From IMG/VR virus record IMGVR_UViG_3300042691_020140, positions 12,100 to 76,099 of that record: 64,000 nt of DNA; one strand, written 5' to 3'. This DNA is from a virus. The translations under genes and the position numbers were made by a program. Position 1 is the first letter of the stretch; every line of letters starts with the position of its first letter. Positions 29,317 through 39,207 of this stretch are shown piece by piece. The notes beneath the pieces are model-generated. The model was given only the letters and a program-made list of their open reading frames with translations. It searched no databases and was not told the DNA's origin.

Positions 29317-30471
29317 ATGTTGCGAAAAGTCTTGTTGATGCTGGTTGCTTTGGTTTTGGTCTCGTGTGCAGTTGCTCCTGCTGAGACCGGTAACACCACA
29401 ATCGGTATGGTTCTGGTCGGTCCAATTAATGATGGCGGTTGGAGCCAGTCACACTACGACGCAATGAAGCGTGTGGAAAAGGACGCTGGTATCAAGTTTG
29501 TCTACGTAGACAAGGTAAACCCAGCTGACCGTCCGAATGTGAAAGTCGAGCAGGTAATTGAGGAGTTGATTGGTCAAGGTGCTACCATGATTATCACCAA
29601 CTCAGACGATTTCAAGGACGGCACTCGTAATGCCGCACTCAGTCACCCAGAGATTAAGTTTGTACACGCATCTGGTGATGACCGCATTACAGGTAAGGCA
29701 CCGGATAACTTGGGTAATGTAATGGGTAAGATGGAGTATGGGAAGATGATTGCCGGTTGTGCAGCAGCACTGACAACCAAGACCGGTAAGATTGGGTATG
29801 TCGGGCCACTCATCAATGACGAGACCCGGCGGTTGGTTAACTCCGCTTACTTGGGTGCGAACTACTGTTGGACTGCTCTTCGTGGGGAAACTACTCCACT
29901 TGAGTTCAACGTGGTCTGGGTAGGTTTCTGGTTTAACATTCCGGGAGTAACGCTTGACCCAGTTAACATCATTGGTGACTTCGTATCAACCAATCATGAC
30001 GTAATCATGGGTGGTATTGACACTCCAGATGTCGCTACTCAGGTTGGCAAGCATCGTGCTGATGGTAAGGACGTGTACTCACTCCCTTATGACCATCCAG
30101 AAGCTTGTGAAAAGGGTCCGGAAGCTTGTTTGGGTGTTCCCTACTTCAACTGGTACCCAGAGTACATGAAGTTGGCCGAAGCACATAAGACCAACAGCTA
30201 CAAGCCGGATTTTGTTTGGTACGGTCCAGATTGGGATAACTTCGCTAATATGGACACAAACGGTATTGGTTTCAAGCGTGGGCAAGCGTTTACAGAAAAT
30301 GCAGCACTTGACCAGTTCATCGGGGTTCTTTCAAGCGGTACTAGCCTTTGGAAAGGTCCGCTGGAGTATCAAGATGGAAGCGTATTCCTCGAAGCTGAGG
30401 TGGTAGCTTCAACGGAGCAAATCTGGTATCAGAAGAAGTTGCTCAAGGGTATTACCGGAAAGTCTGAGTGA
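29317..30471 (+). CDS. BMP-family ABC transporter substrate-binding lipoprotein (auxiliary gene)
   Basis: Signal peptide with lipobox LVSC; VGPINDGGWSQSH, TKTGKIGYVG, WVGFWF motifs. Confidence 0.88.
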   Translation: MLRKVLLMLVALVLVSCAVAPAETGNTTIGMVLVGPINDGGWSQSHYDAMKRVEKDAGIKFVYVDKVNPADRPNVKVEQVIEELIGQGATMIITNSDDFKDGTRNAALSHPEIKFVHASGDDRITGKAPDNLGNVMGKMEYGKMIAGCAAALTTKTGKIGYVGPLINDETRRLVNSAYLGANYCWTALRGETTPLEFNVVWVGFWFNIPGVTLDPVNIIGDFVSTNHDVIMGGIDTPDVATQVGKHRADGKDVYSLPYDHPEACEKGPEACLGVPYFNWYPEYMKLAEAHKTNSYKPDFVWYGPDWDNFANMDTNGIGFKRGQAFTENAALDQFIGVLSSGTSLWKGPLEYQDGSVFLEAEVVASTEQIWYQKKLLKGITGKSE

Positions 30472-30872
30472 CAAAGTTAATTTGTTATTTCGATGGGGGG
30501 ACGCAACATGGTAGCTATGTTATCTATGTTGATAACGTCTCCCCAAAGACTATTTTATACCACCATAAATTTGACATGGACGGAATTGGCGATAGTAATC
30601 AGGGTGAGTTTACTATGCTCTTACGCATGTTACGCCGACTCCATATCCATTATGAAGATACAAGCGACATCTACTTAGACATCTACGGAGATAACACCCT
30701 AGTACCGAAGATGATTGGGAAACGAGTAGATGGGAACTGGAAAGGTGAGCTGCACACGAATGAAGCATTTACTTACCTAACAGGGAAAATCAGAGAGCGT
30801 CTGGAACGCTTCAAGGGGTTTCACTGCTACACGGTGAAACGAAAGGAGATTGCAGCACGTCTTGGACACTAA
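30468..30872 (+). CDS. RNase H-like protein
   Basis: YFDGG, SNQGEF, IYGDNTLV acidic triad pattern. Confidence 0.65.
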   Translation: MTKLICYFDGGTQHGSYVIYVDNVSPKTILYHHKFDMDGIGDSNQGEFTMLLRMLRRLHIHYEDTSDIYLDIYGDNTLVPKMIGKRVDGNWKGELHTNEAFTYLTGKIRERLERFKGFHCYTVKRKEIAARLGH

Positions 30873-31152
30873 CAAGTATTATGACTTAGATATTCCTGCT
30901 ATCTATAAGTGTGTAAGTCTAGACCAGTTAGCTTCGTATGGTTATATCTTCAATAACAAAGAGTGTTATGAGGAACCTGCACCAGATGTTAATATTCTGG
31001 ACGTTGGTCTTAATAATGCCATCTTCGGGTTTCTCTACCGCTTCTTAGGTAATGGGACAGTTAACCTAAGACAAAACGGTAAGGAACTGCTGATTTATTA
31101 TAAGATGTTCGCCGGTAATAGAATTAAAGTTACTCATGTGGAGGAAGCATGA
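30850..31152 (+). CDS. Hypothetical protein
   Basis: 100 aa, AAGGAG RBS before TTG. Confidence 0.5.
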   Translation: MQHVLDTNKYYDLDIPAIYKCVSLDQLASYGYIFNNKECYEEPAPDVNILDVGLNNAIFGFLYRFLGNGTVNLRQNGKELLIYYKMFAGNRIKVTHVEEA

Positions 31153-31409
31153 ACATACACTTACTTATGCACGTAGGCAGTCTTGATGAACTACGTGAGT
31201 ACGGCACAGTCTCCGACGTTACCTATGTCCACACTCACAAGGCTTTTCATAATGGTGGTGACGGTGTAGACTTCTGGTACGAACTCTACAAACTATACCC
31301 AAATGAGTACACGGTTACATTCGAGGACAGCGACGGTAAGTACTTAATCACTTACCAACAAGATGCACCAGATGAGGGAATTATAATTACACAGATTGAG
31401 AAGCTATGA
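31149..31409 (+). CDS. Hypothetical protein
   Basis: 86 aa, GGAGG RBS, ATGA overlap. Confidence 0.6.
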   Translation: MNIHLLMHVGSLDELREYGTVSDVTYVHTHKAFHNGGDGVDFWYELYKLYPNEYTVTFEDSDGKYLITYQQDAPDEGIIITQIEKL

Positions 31410-31460
31410 GGTCATAAAAATACAGGAGGTAAAAACACACAGTGTTGTAAATATAAATTA

Positions 31461-31994
31461 ATGAGAAAAATTAAATGGAGATTTGTGATTGTCTATTGGC
31501 TACTCGCCAGTCTTATGTTCATACCAAACAGAGTGGAGATAATCTCCTCGCCGCTACCGTCTGGTACAGCTATAGAACATAATATTCAGCAGATCCTCCC
31601 AGTGCTAGAGGAGTTTACGATATACCCCGGAGAAACATGGTCTTTTAACGAAGCCGTGGGCCATCCGGATAAATACCAGTTGGAAACAGTCTACGGAATC
31701 TACGGCGGCGGTTGGTGCGACCTAGCATCCAGATACGCCGAGGTTGCAAGAAAACATGGTCTATTACTTGAGTTTAAATTACACTCCACACCGCTTCTTG
31801 GTGTAGAAAGGCAGGATAACGTATCAATATGGAACGAAGATGGTTCAGGCACGCAAGAGCAAGACTTGAGGATTACAAACAACAAATCCTATCCTATCAG
31901 CTTCCGGGTGAGCTTAGAGGACAAGAACTACCTAGTACAATCGTCCTACTCTCAGCCATTGTTCTTGCGGGGGTCTCTTTTTACTATGCCCTAA
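31461..31994 (+). CDS. VanW-like domain exported protein
   Basis: N-terminal TM; PGETWSFNEAVG, GGGWCDLAS, DLRITN. Confidence 0.65.
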   Translation: MRKIKWRFVIVYWLLASLMFIPNRVEIISSPLPSGTAIEHNIQQILPVLEEFTIYPGETWSFNEAVGHPDKYQLETVYGIYGGGWCDLASRYAEVARKHGLLLEFKLHSTPLLGVERQDNVSIWNEDGSGTQEQDLRITNNKSYPISFRVSLEDKNYLVQSSYSQPLFLRGSLFTMP

Positions 31995-32189
31995 TCTATG
32001 ACTGGCTTCCTGACCTATACAATAACCCAATCTATCTTCTAGCAATTCCTATGATTTTCTGGAAGTATACATGGTCAGCCGCCGCTATCCTGTTGTTACT
32101 GGATAATACTAACTTCTTCCCGGCGGAGTTCACGCTTATCCTGTCACTAGCCTATATCTACGAAATCTACAGCTATTACATTCAGGGGG

Positions 32190-32456
32190 TTGTCTATGAA
32201 ACTAGTGAACAAGTTTGACGAGGAGATTCCACCGCTTAACCTCCTGACCGTTCGTCTTAAACTTAAGGAATGGCCCGAGTACGCAAAGATACACAAGTTA
32301 ATCAGAGAGATTGAGTCGCACACCGGCTGTCCTGCATTTACCATCAATGACTCTACGATGTTCCTGATTCAGGTGCATGTCCAGCATGTAGACCAGAAGT
32401 TCTGGAAGTCTATCGAGAACATCGAAGTCTTCGTGGTAGATATGCGAAAAATCTAA
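32190..32456 (+). CDS. Hypothetical protein
   Basis: 88 aa before terminator. Confidence 0.55.
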   Translation: MSMKLVNKFDEEIPPLNLLTVRLKLKEWPEYAKIHKLIREIESHTGCPAFTINDSTMFLIQVHVQHVDQKFWKSIENIEVFVVDMRKI

Positions 32457-32459
32457 TCG

Positions 32460-32494
32460 TTCCCCTAGAGAAATCTAGGGGAATTTTTTTTTTT
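32460..32494 (+). terminator. Strong intrinsic terminator ending the plus-strand middle module
   Basis: TTCCCCTAGA-GAAA-TCTAGGGGAA then T12. Confidence 0.85.
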
Positions 32495-32771
32495 ACAAGT
32501 GGAAACAAGTGGAGACCAAGTGGGAACCCTAAAACCAAAAGGGACCTTTTAAAATTTTGTGAGGGTCAGTGTACCGGTCTGGGCGATTTGAGGTGCCTGA
32601 TTTTTTCTACCCTATACGACGCTCGGAAAAAATGGCGCCGTCGATTCTGAGCAATCCTAGCTATGCTAGCGACGATTATTTACGCACTCGGTCTATACGT
32701 ATGCGTATGCTAGCATGGTATATACCCGATCGTGCGTTAAAAATTGATACAAAATTGATTGTATTTTGCTA

Positions 32772-32801
32772 TTGACACGGTATGAATATTCATGCTACTA
32801 T
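32772..32801 (+). promoter_or_regulatory. Sigma70 promoter for the HNH gene
   Basis: TTGACA-18-TACTAT with TG extension. Confidence 0.6.
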
Positions 32802-32870
32802 GCGTCTCGTTGACACAACACACGCCTGACCCATACGTCATATGGCAAGTGTCAATAGCACCTTCACAAG

Positions 32871-33548
32871 TGAATAACGCCTGACCTATCGCACATGATA
32901 GGATTGATGATTATGGCTAAGGCTAAAAGTAGCGTATCAGGCGTCGCAATGCGACGCACCATGTCAGGCAAGGACGTACTATACAAGGTTATGACCTTGA
33001 AACTTGACTATGGTATCAATTACGAGGCGCTTAAGATGGATGCCGAGTTTATCGCATTGCAATCGATAATGCGCCTCAACGACGAGCAGGACATGACATA
33101 CGACGGGTTAAAATACGTCGTTGCAGGTCCGGATGCCGGACGGGATAACCCGTCAAAAGGACTAGAGGTCCTCATTGCAAGTGTAAAAGGCGAGCTATTA
33201 TCGCCGACAGGACGCCTTGTGAAGGCACCTGCCGGATGGGAGAACTTGCAATGGATAACGCCTGAGGATGCAACGGTATGTCCTGTATGTAATGCACCTG
33301 TAGGACGCAACGTTAAGATAACTAAGGATGACGGAACTATAGGTACGTCGCCTTCGTTATCACTATCGCATGCAGTACCGAGCATCATGTTTGGAGCTAC
33401 ACATGACGGCAACGTGTATGTGGAGTGTCGTAAATGCAACGCACGCCGAGGCGATAGGATGCCAAAAGTGGTGCGTGCATGGTACGAATCACTAAAATTC
33501 ACGGTATACAAGGTTAAGTAATAGCATAGATAGGTCAGGCGTTATTCA
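32871..33548. repeat. Perfect 20-bp inverted repeat pair framing the HNH gene
   Basis: TGAATAACGCCTGACCTATC (32871-32890) and GATAGGTCAGGCGTTATTCA (33529-33548). Confidence 0.9.
32913..33521 (+). CDS. HNH endonuclease-like protein
   Basis: CPVC...SHAVP...GATHDGNVYVECRKCNARRG. Confidence 0.7.
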   Translation: MAKAKSSVSGVAMRRTMSGKDVLYKVMTLKLDYGINYEALKMDAEFIALQSIMRLNDEQDMTYDGLKYVVAGPDAGRDNPSKGLEVLIASVKGELLSPTGRLVKAPAGWENLQWITPEDATVCPVCNAPVGRNVKITKDDGTIGTSPSLSLSHAVPSIMFGATHDGNVYVECRKCNARRGDRMPKVVRAWYESLKFTVYKVK

Positions 33549-33573
33549 ATAGGTACGATTAATCGATTTTAGT

Positions 33574-33837
33574 ATGAGGATGATTACAATGGGTATTAAC
33601 CTGCACTACGATGCAAAATATTCACGGGTTGACGAATACACGCACTCACGCATCAACGAAATGTTAATTGCAACGGTATACAATAACTACGGGCGCACTC
33701 TTAACCCGATAACATTCACTATGGTTGACGTTGACACGGAATGGTTGCGCTACGCCTGCTACTGGTTGACACGACGGCAATTCACGGCAACCGAGGTTAT
33801 TGCAATGGCAATAATAAGTGCGAAATTCTCACGATAA
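33574..33837 (+). CDS. Hypothetical protein
   Basis: ORF ending at a terminator. Confidence 0.55.
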   Translation: MRMITMGINLHYDAKYSRVDEYTHSRINEMLIATVYNNYGRTLNPITFTMVDVDTEWLRYACYWLTRRQFTATEVIAMAIISAKFSR

Positions 33838-33850
33838 CACACACACACAA

Positions 33851-33884
33851 AATACCGCAGGCGTCGCCTGCGGTATTTTTTTTT
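33851..33884 (+). terminator. Intrinsic terminator
   Basis: AATACCGCAGGC-GTC-GCCTGCGGTATT then T-run. Confidence 0.85.
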
Positions 33885-34326
33885 GTTGCTCATCCGTATC
33901 GAAATTGAAAATTGAAAATTGCAAAATTCAAAATTCAAAATTCAAAATACACGCACGATCGGGGATGCAGCGTAGCTTAACATAATTTTTTGGGGAGTCT
34001 GCGAGTCCCCCATTTTTTATGTCAACGTGGCCAACCCGCCCACCCCCGCCGTCCCCCAAGCCCAACCGCACGCGATTAGGGTTAAGCCCCTGACACTTTT
34101 TATGATAGGGCCAGAGAGCATTTGGAAAATTCAGAATTTGAAAATAAAATCTGAAATTTTTAGGGGACTCTACGAGTCCCCCATTTTTAAAGTCAGGGGT
34201 GTCCGGCAGTCCCCCAAAAACTCGTCAAAAATTGCTCAAAATTGCTATTGCATTTTAGTTTTAAGTGTGCTAAAATGAAAATATCAAAAAGTAATTCGAC
34301 TTTTTGACTTTTGCGGAGATTTTGCC

Positions 34327-34494
34327 ATGACTATGCTGATTTTGGGCGTGATGACGGTGTTTGTGATTCTTTTGGGCGCAGCTACTCTGATAATAGCTAA
34401 CGAGTACGGCGCAAGTCAGAAAATGGTTACGCTATGGTTGTGGGCGATTTTGTTGTGGGCGATTATGTGCAAAATCATAATTGACATTATCTAA
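34327..34494 (+). CDS. 55-aa two-TM membrane protein (cassette)
   Basis: Hand-translated MTMLILGVMTVFVILLG...; GCGGAG RBS; TTGCAT/TAAAAT promoter. Confidence 0.65.
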   Translation: MTMLILGVMTVFVILLGAATLIIANEYGASQKMVTLWLWAILLWAIMCKIIIDII

Positions 34495-34738
34495 AATCAA
34501 AACCCAAAATTTGGGGGAGTCGCAGCTCCCCCATTTTTTATGTAAATGAGTTTTTGGGGGAGTCGAAGAGTCCCCTATTATTTTTCAATTTTAGGGGTGT
34601 CCGGCAGTCCCCCAAAAATCAGCATCTGGCCTGGCTGCCGTCAAAATCTAAAAATTCGTTATTGACATTATTTTCAATCTGTGCTAAAATTCTTTTGTGG
34701 GGCTACTCTTGCCTTGCGTCTATAGCGGAGATTTTATT

Positions 34739-35032
34739 ATGTCAATCATTACGCCTGAAAACACAATCGCCGTCTTTACCGGCGAAATTGCCGGTATCAT
34801 CGTGTACACGGTAAAGCATTGGACCTTTGCCGAAATTGTCGCCCGTGTTTCTGAAAATGAGTTTTCGGAATACCGCACCGGCACAATGACCGCCATGCCG
34901 GACGATTTGTCGGTTATCGATTGGACGGTATACTACGCAGAATCGTGGCAGATGCAAGAAATACCGGTAAATAAATTTTTCGCCGAAAATAAAATTTACG
35001 CTACAAATCAATACAATGAAATAATTTTCTAA
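34739..35032 (+). CDS. Hypothetical cassette protein
   Basis: MSIITPEN; GCGGAG RBS; TTGACA-17-TAAAAT promoter at 34662-34690. Confidence 0.65.
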   Translation: MSIITPENTIAVFTGEIAGIIVYTVKHWTFAEIVARVSENEFSEYRTGTMTAMPDDLSVIDWTVYYAESWQMQEIPVNKFFAENKIYATNQYNEIIF

Positions 35033-35293
35033 AATTCAAAATTCAAATTTCAAAATTCAAATTTGGGGGAGCCACAGCTCCCCTAAAAATGTGTGGATTT
35101 TTGGGGGGCTCGAAGAGTCCCCCATTTTTGATAGATTTTAGGGGTGTCCCGCAGTCCCCCATTTTCTCTCATCTGGCTCTCATCTAATTCTCATCTAAAT
35201 CTATTGCTTTCGCAGCTGACATCTGCTAGAATACCCTCATAGGCTAATTTAATACGTGGGCTCGCCTATGCCCTATTTTCGGAGGCTACTCTT

Positions 35294-35614
35294 ATGTCAA
35301 GCGCAAATCTCTTGGTGACCGTGACCGTCCTGACCGCTTACGAGGCTAGCAGCAAGGTCCTGACTCTGACCGCCATTGACGAGGTCCTGTATGAGCATCG
35401 TCAGCTCATCGTGCCGGTTATCGATGCGGTCAAGGGTACGAAAGCGTACAACACCTTGCCGGTCTTGACTTTCGGTACTGTTATCGTAGTAGCGTCATGG
35501 CGTGATGAGTGCTATACGCTCAAGACCGATACCCATGCGATGTATAGCCACGTCGAAGAATTCTTTCAAGGTCTCTGCTACGACGAGGACGTGCGAAAGA
35601 TACGGGTAATCTAA
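35294..35614 (+). CDS. Hypothetical cassette protein
   Basis: GGAGG RBS, own promoter. Confidence 0.7.
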   Translation: MSSANLLVTVTVLTAYEASSKVLTLTAIDEVLYEHRQLIVPVIDAVKGTKAYNTLPVLTFGTVIVVASWRDECYTLKTDTHAMYSHVEEFFQGLCYDEDVRKIRVI

Positions 35615-35984
35615 AATAGCCCGAAAAATGGGGGAGTCGCAGCTCCCCTATTTTTTATGTCTACAATTTTTGGGGGACTGCGGGAGTCCCCTATTTTTAA
35701 TTTTGGGGGAGTCTTCGAGTCCCCTATTTTTTATGTCAATTTCTCCCTCCGTCCCGCCCCCGTCTCCCCCAAGCCCCCTATTCCTGCGACATCATCAAAC
35801 CCATCGCACTTATACACTAAGGGAGCTCGTGAGCATTTTTTGGGGGACTCCAGCAGTCCCCCAAATTTTTTTCTTTCTCATAATCTTCTCATCTAACTCT
35901 CATTTTCGCAGCGGTGTTTTTATGGTATTATATAAGTGTAGACAAAACCGGCGGACGAGCTACACCGCCACCCTGGGGGATGCC

Positions 35985-36278
35985 ATGAAGCATCAACGCA
36001 AACCGGTTAAGCCGATTTATGCCATCGTGTTTATCAACGAGGATGGCACCGGCGGTATGTATTTTGATGACTATCTGCATGTTGTCCGTGGACTGCACGG
36101 TATACGCAAAGATAGTCCTGAAATGAAGCTCGGTATCGTCAAGTTTGACCTGTATCGTCGCCGTGTATCGTTGCTCAAAGTGCATAATTATGGTATAGAT
36201 ACCATAGACGATACGCAACCATTTTGGACAAAAGAGACTATGGTAAAATTACTCTGCTTCACACCACCGACGTACTAA
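35985..36278 (+). CDS. Hypothetical cassette protein (MKHQRKPVKP...)
   Basis: 3' part of ORF 35628-36278; GGGGGA RBS. Confidence 0.6.
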   Translation: MKHQRKPVKPIYAIVFINEDGTGGMYFDDYLHVVRGLHGIRKDSPEMKLGIVKFDLYRRRVSLLKVHNYGIDTIDDTQPFWTKETMVKLLCFTPPTY

Positions 36279-36441
36279 AACGACCACAGAAATGGGGGAG
36301 CTACGGCTCCCCCATTTTTTATGTCTACAATTTTTGGGGGACTCGAAGAGTCCCCTATTTTCTAGTTTTAGGGGTGTCCCGCAGTCCCCCATTTTTTGCT
36401 ATGATTTTAGGGGAGCCGTAGCTCCCCCAAAACCGTGTCGG

Positions 36442-36609
36442 TTACATAGTACCGATTACTACGAACACAAACAACGCCCACATCAAAAGAAACGCCAAGT
36501 ACCCATGACGCACACGGCTATCCACATCGTACTCGATGACAATTGACCAGGACCACACGACGATACCCATGATTACGATAGTAGCCACACCCAAAGATGC
36601 CATCAACAT
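36442..36609 (-). CDS. 55-aa two-TM membrane protein in an inverted cassette
   Basis: Hand-translated MLMASLGVATIVIMGIVVW...; GAAAGG RBS; minus-strand TTGTAT/TATACT promoter and CTCTCAT boxes. Confidence 0.65.
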   Translation of the reverse strand: MLMASLGVATIVIMGIVVWSWSIVIEYDVDSRVRHGYLAFLLMWALFVFVVIGTM

Positions 36610-36871
36610 GTCCGTAGCCTTTCTGTTAACTTAATCCTCTTACAGTATACACTATGTCGGCTGCCGATACAAGGGATTTAGATGAGAGTTAGATGAGAGA
36701 AAAATGAGAGAAAATGGGGGACTCGGGCAGTCCCCCAAAAATCAAAAATCTAAAATTGAAAATTCAGAATTCATTAATCAAATTCTAATCTAAAATGCTT
36801 GTATTGTATACTTGCATATGGTACAATTCTAGTGTAATCAAATGATTACATGCTAGTAGCGGAGGTCGGCT

Positions 36872-37006
36872 ATGGTGTGCGATATTTGCGGCGGCGATGT
36901 TTCGAGCGACAACGTCCACGAGGAGTCCTGGTCGCCATTTTTCGTCTGTTGCTCAGAGTGCGGCGGCGCAGCTGAGGACGTGCTAGACGACGACAACGCC
37001 GAGTAG
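36872..37006 (+). CDS. 44-aa acidic Zn-ribbon miniprotein (cassette)
   Basis: MVCDICGG...CCSECGG; GGAGG RBS. Confidence 0.6.
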   Translation: MVCDICGGDVSSDNVHEESWSPFFVCCSECGGAAEDVLDDDNAE

Positions 37007-37267
37007 TACAATCAAGCGGAATGGGGGAGTTACGGCTCCCCCATTTTTTATGTCAATAAATTTTTGGGGGACTGTGGGAGTCCCCTATTTTTGATAGATT
37101 TTGGGGGTGTCCCACACTCCCCTAAAAATTTTAGGGGAGACCCAGCTCCCCCATTTTCTCTCATAATTCTCTCATCTAATTCTAATCTAATTTGCTTGCG
37201 TGTGACCTGGTTATAGTGTATACTAGTATTGTAATCAAATGATTACATCGCAGCGACGGAGGATGTC

Positions 37268-37483
37268 ATGGGTGAGTATACTGTAGTAGTGGTGAGTGCC
37301 ATCGAGGGTGTCGTGTGGGTGCGTGAGAGTGTGACGATAGCACATCCTCACATGGTAGACGCTGTCAAGATTGCCTACGAGGAATCACTTGCATCTGAGT
37401 GTCAGTGCGTTGTGCATGTGTATCGCAATCGTCACTTGCAGCGGTCAATAACGATTAGTCATCCTGAGTTAGAAAAAGAGTAA
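37268..37483 (+). CDS. Hypothetical cassette protein
   Basis: GGAGG RBS, own promoter. Confidence 0.65.
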   Translation: MGEYTVVVVSAIEGVVWVRESVTIAHPHMVDAVKIAYEESLASECQCVVHVYRNRHLQRSITISHPELEKE

Positions 37484-37889
37484 GAAAATGGGGGAGTCGC
37501 AGCTCCCCCAAATTCTAAAAATGGGGGAGTCCCAGCTCCCCTATTTTTTATGTCTATTAAATTTTAGGGGACTGCGGGAGTCCCCTATTTTTAATTTTGG
37601 GGGAGTCTTCGAGTCCCCTATTTTTTATGTCAATTCCTCCCTCCTACCCCAACCCCCCGCAAGCCCCCCTAGCGTTGGATAACGTGAACGCCCTAGCACT
37701 TATACACTAAGGGAGCTTCAGAGCATTTTAGGGGACTCTTCGACTCCCCCATTTTTTGCAATTTTTGGGGGAGCTGCACTTCCCCTATTTTCTCTCATCT
37801 TTCTCTAATCTAAATTACTACTATTCGCAGCGAACATAGTGTATAATACTATTGTAATCAGATGATTACACGATAGCTAAGGAGACGGT

Positions 37890-38117
37890 ATGTATACTCT
37901 CAAAGTGGATGGCTACACGCTCGGTCAATGGAACACGATAGCAGAAGTGGAAGTTATTTTCAACGTGTTACCGTTAATGCTCAACAAAATGACCGCCGGT
38001 GATGGCTACTTTGCCGGTATCTATGCGGCGGACAATTCTTTGGTCAAGTGGGATACGATACACGCCCCTAAGACCAACGACGACGACGCAGAAGATTTGA
38101 TGCTCGAATTCAACTAA
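37890..38117 (+). CDS. Hypothetical cassette protein
   Basis: AAGGAG RBS, TATAAT -10. Confidence 0.65.
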   Translation: MYTLKVDGYTLGQWNTIAEVEVIFNVLPLMLNKMTAGDGYFAGIYAADNSLVKWDTIHAPKTNDDDAEDLMLEFN

Positions 38118-38333
38118 GCACGGCAAGAATGGGGGAGTCGCAGCTCCCCCATTTTTTATGTCTACAAAATTTTGGGGGAGTCGAAGAGTCCCCTAAAAAC
38201 TTAGGGGTGTCCGGCAGTCCCCCATTTTAGCTGCACAGATTACTCATAATTCTCTCATCATTTACTCATACTATTGCGTATGAATGTAGTGTATACTTAG
38301 TATTGTAAGTTAGCTTAGATATGGAGGTTACCG

Positions 38334-38522
38334 ATGGCGACGGCACAAGTTAAGCGCATCCGCATAGATGGGGTGCATGTATCAATGTGGCGGTATGGTA
38401 GCAAAGAATGGTCATTCACCATCTACGGACCTCGTGAGACGCAAGAGCTGTTGGTTAAGCGTATGGACTATTGGAAAGCTTACCGTACTGCTAAATTGAT
38501 GATTAACCTCTATCACAAGTAG
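38334..38522 (+). CDS. Hypothetical basic cassette protein
   Basis: GGAGG RBS, TTGCGT/TATACT promoter. Confidence 0.65.
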   Translation: MATAQVKRIRIDGVHVSMWRYGSKEWSFTIYGPRETQELLVKRMDYWKAYRTAKLMINLYHK

Positions 38523-38763
38523 TACACCGGCGGTTTTTTAGGGGAGCTACAACTCCCCTATTTTTTATGTCTATCAAATTTGGGGGTCTCGAAGAGTCCC
38601 CTAAAAATTTAGGGGTGTCCCGCAGTCCCCCAAAAATCAAAAATACAAAATCGAAAATTGAAAATTCATTAATCTAATTTTAATCTAAAATGCTTGCATC
38701 TGCTATATACACATGTTATAATGACTATGTAATCAAATGATTACACGATATACGGAGGCTACG

Positions 38764-39042
38764 ATGTACAACGTTACAATTCACGGCGACTGTCGCACTA
38801 GCGACGATGGTTCGGGCTACTCATTCGTATTCGACTTTCAAGAGGAACGCCTCGGTATGACTTGGGTCGTCGCCGGTATGAAAATTCGTGAAACTATGAC
38901 GTGGCAAGAAATTCCTAGCGGATCCGTCGTCAACGTGGAAATGCGTGTGTGGACGTTGGAAAAAGGCACTATCGCTAGCGTGCCTGGCAAGATGATAAAA
39001 TTGCCGAACGGTGAAAAATCGTACCTAGAATTAATCGGCTAG
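38764..39042 (+). CDS. Hypothetical cassette protein
   Basis: GGAGG RBS, TTGCAT/TATAAT promoter. Confidence 0.65.
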   Translation: MYNVTIHGDCRTSDDGSGYSFVFDFQEERLGMTWVVAGMKIRETMTWQEIPSGSVVNVEMRVWTLEKGTIASVPGKMIKLPNGEKSYLELIG

Positions 39043-39207
39043 GTATCAAAGAAAATGGGGGAGTCGCAGCTCCCCTATTTTTTGTGGTCGTCGTTTTTGG
39101 GGGAGTCGAAGAGTCCCCCATTTTTTCTCATCTTTCTCTAATGTTGGCTGCAAGTTTTTCATGGTACAATACTTGTGTAGGGTCAATCTTGACCCGTGGA
39201 GGATGTC

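Noticed and set aside
31829-32218. 129-aa ORF as a full-length gene
   Set aside because: N-terminal half overlaps the VanW-like gene out of frame; a shorter membrane protein may be real but its start cannot be fixed
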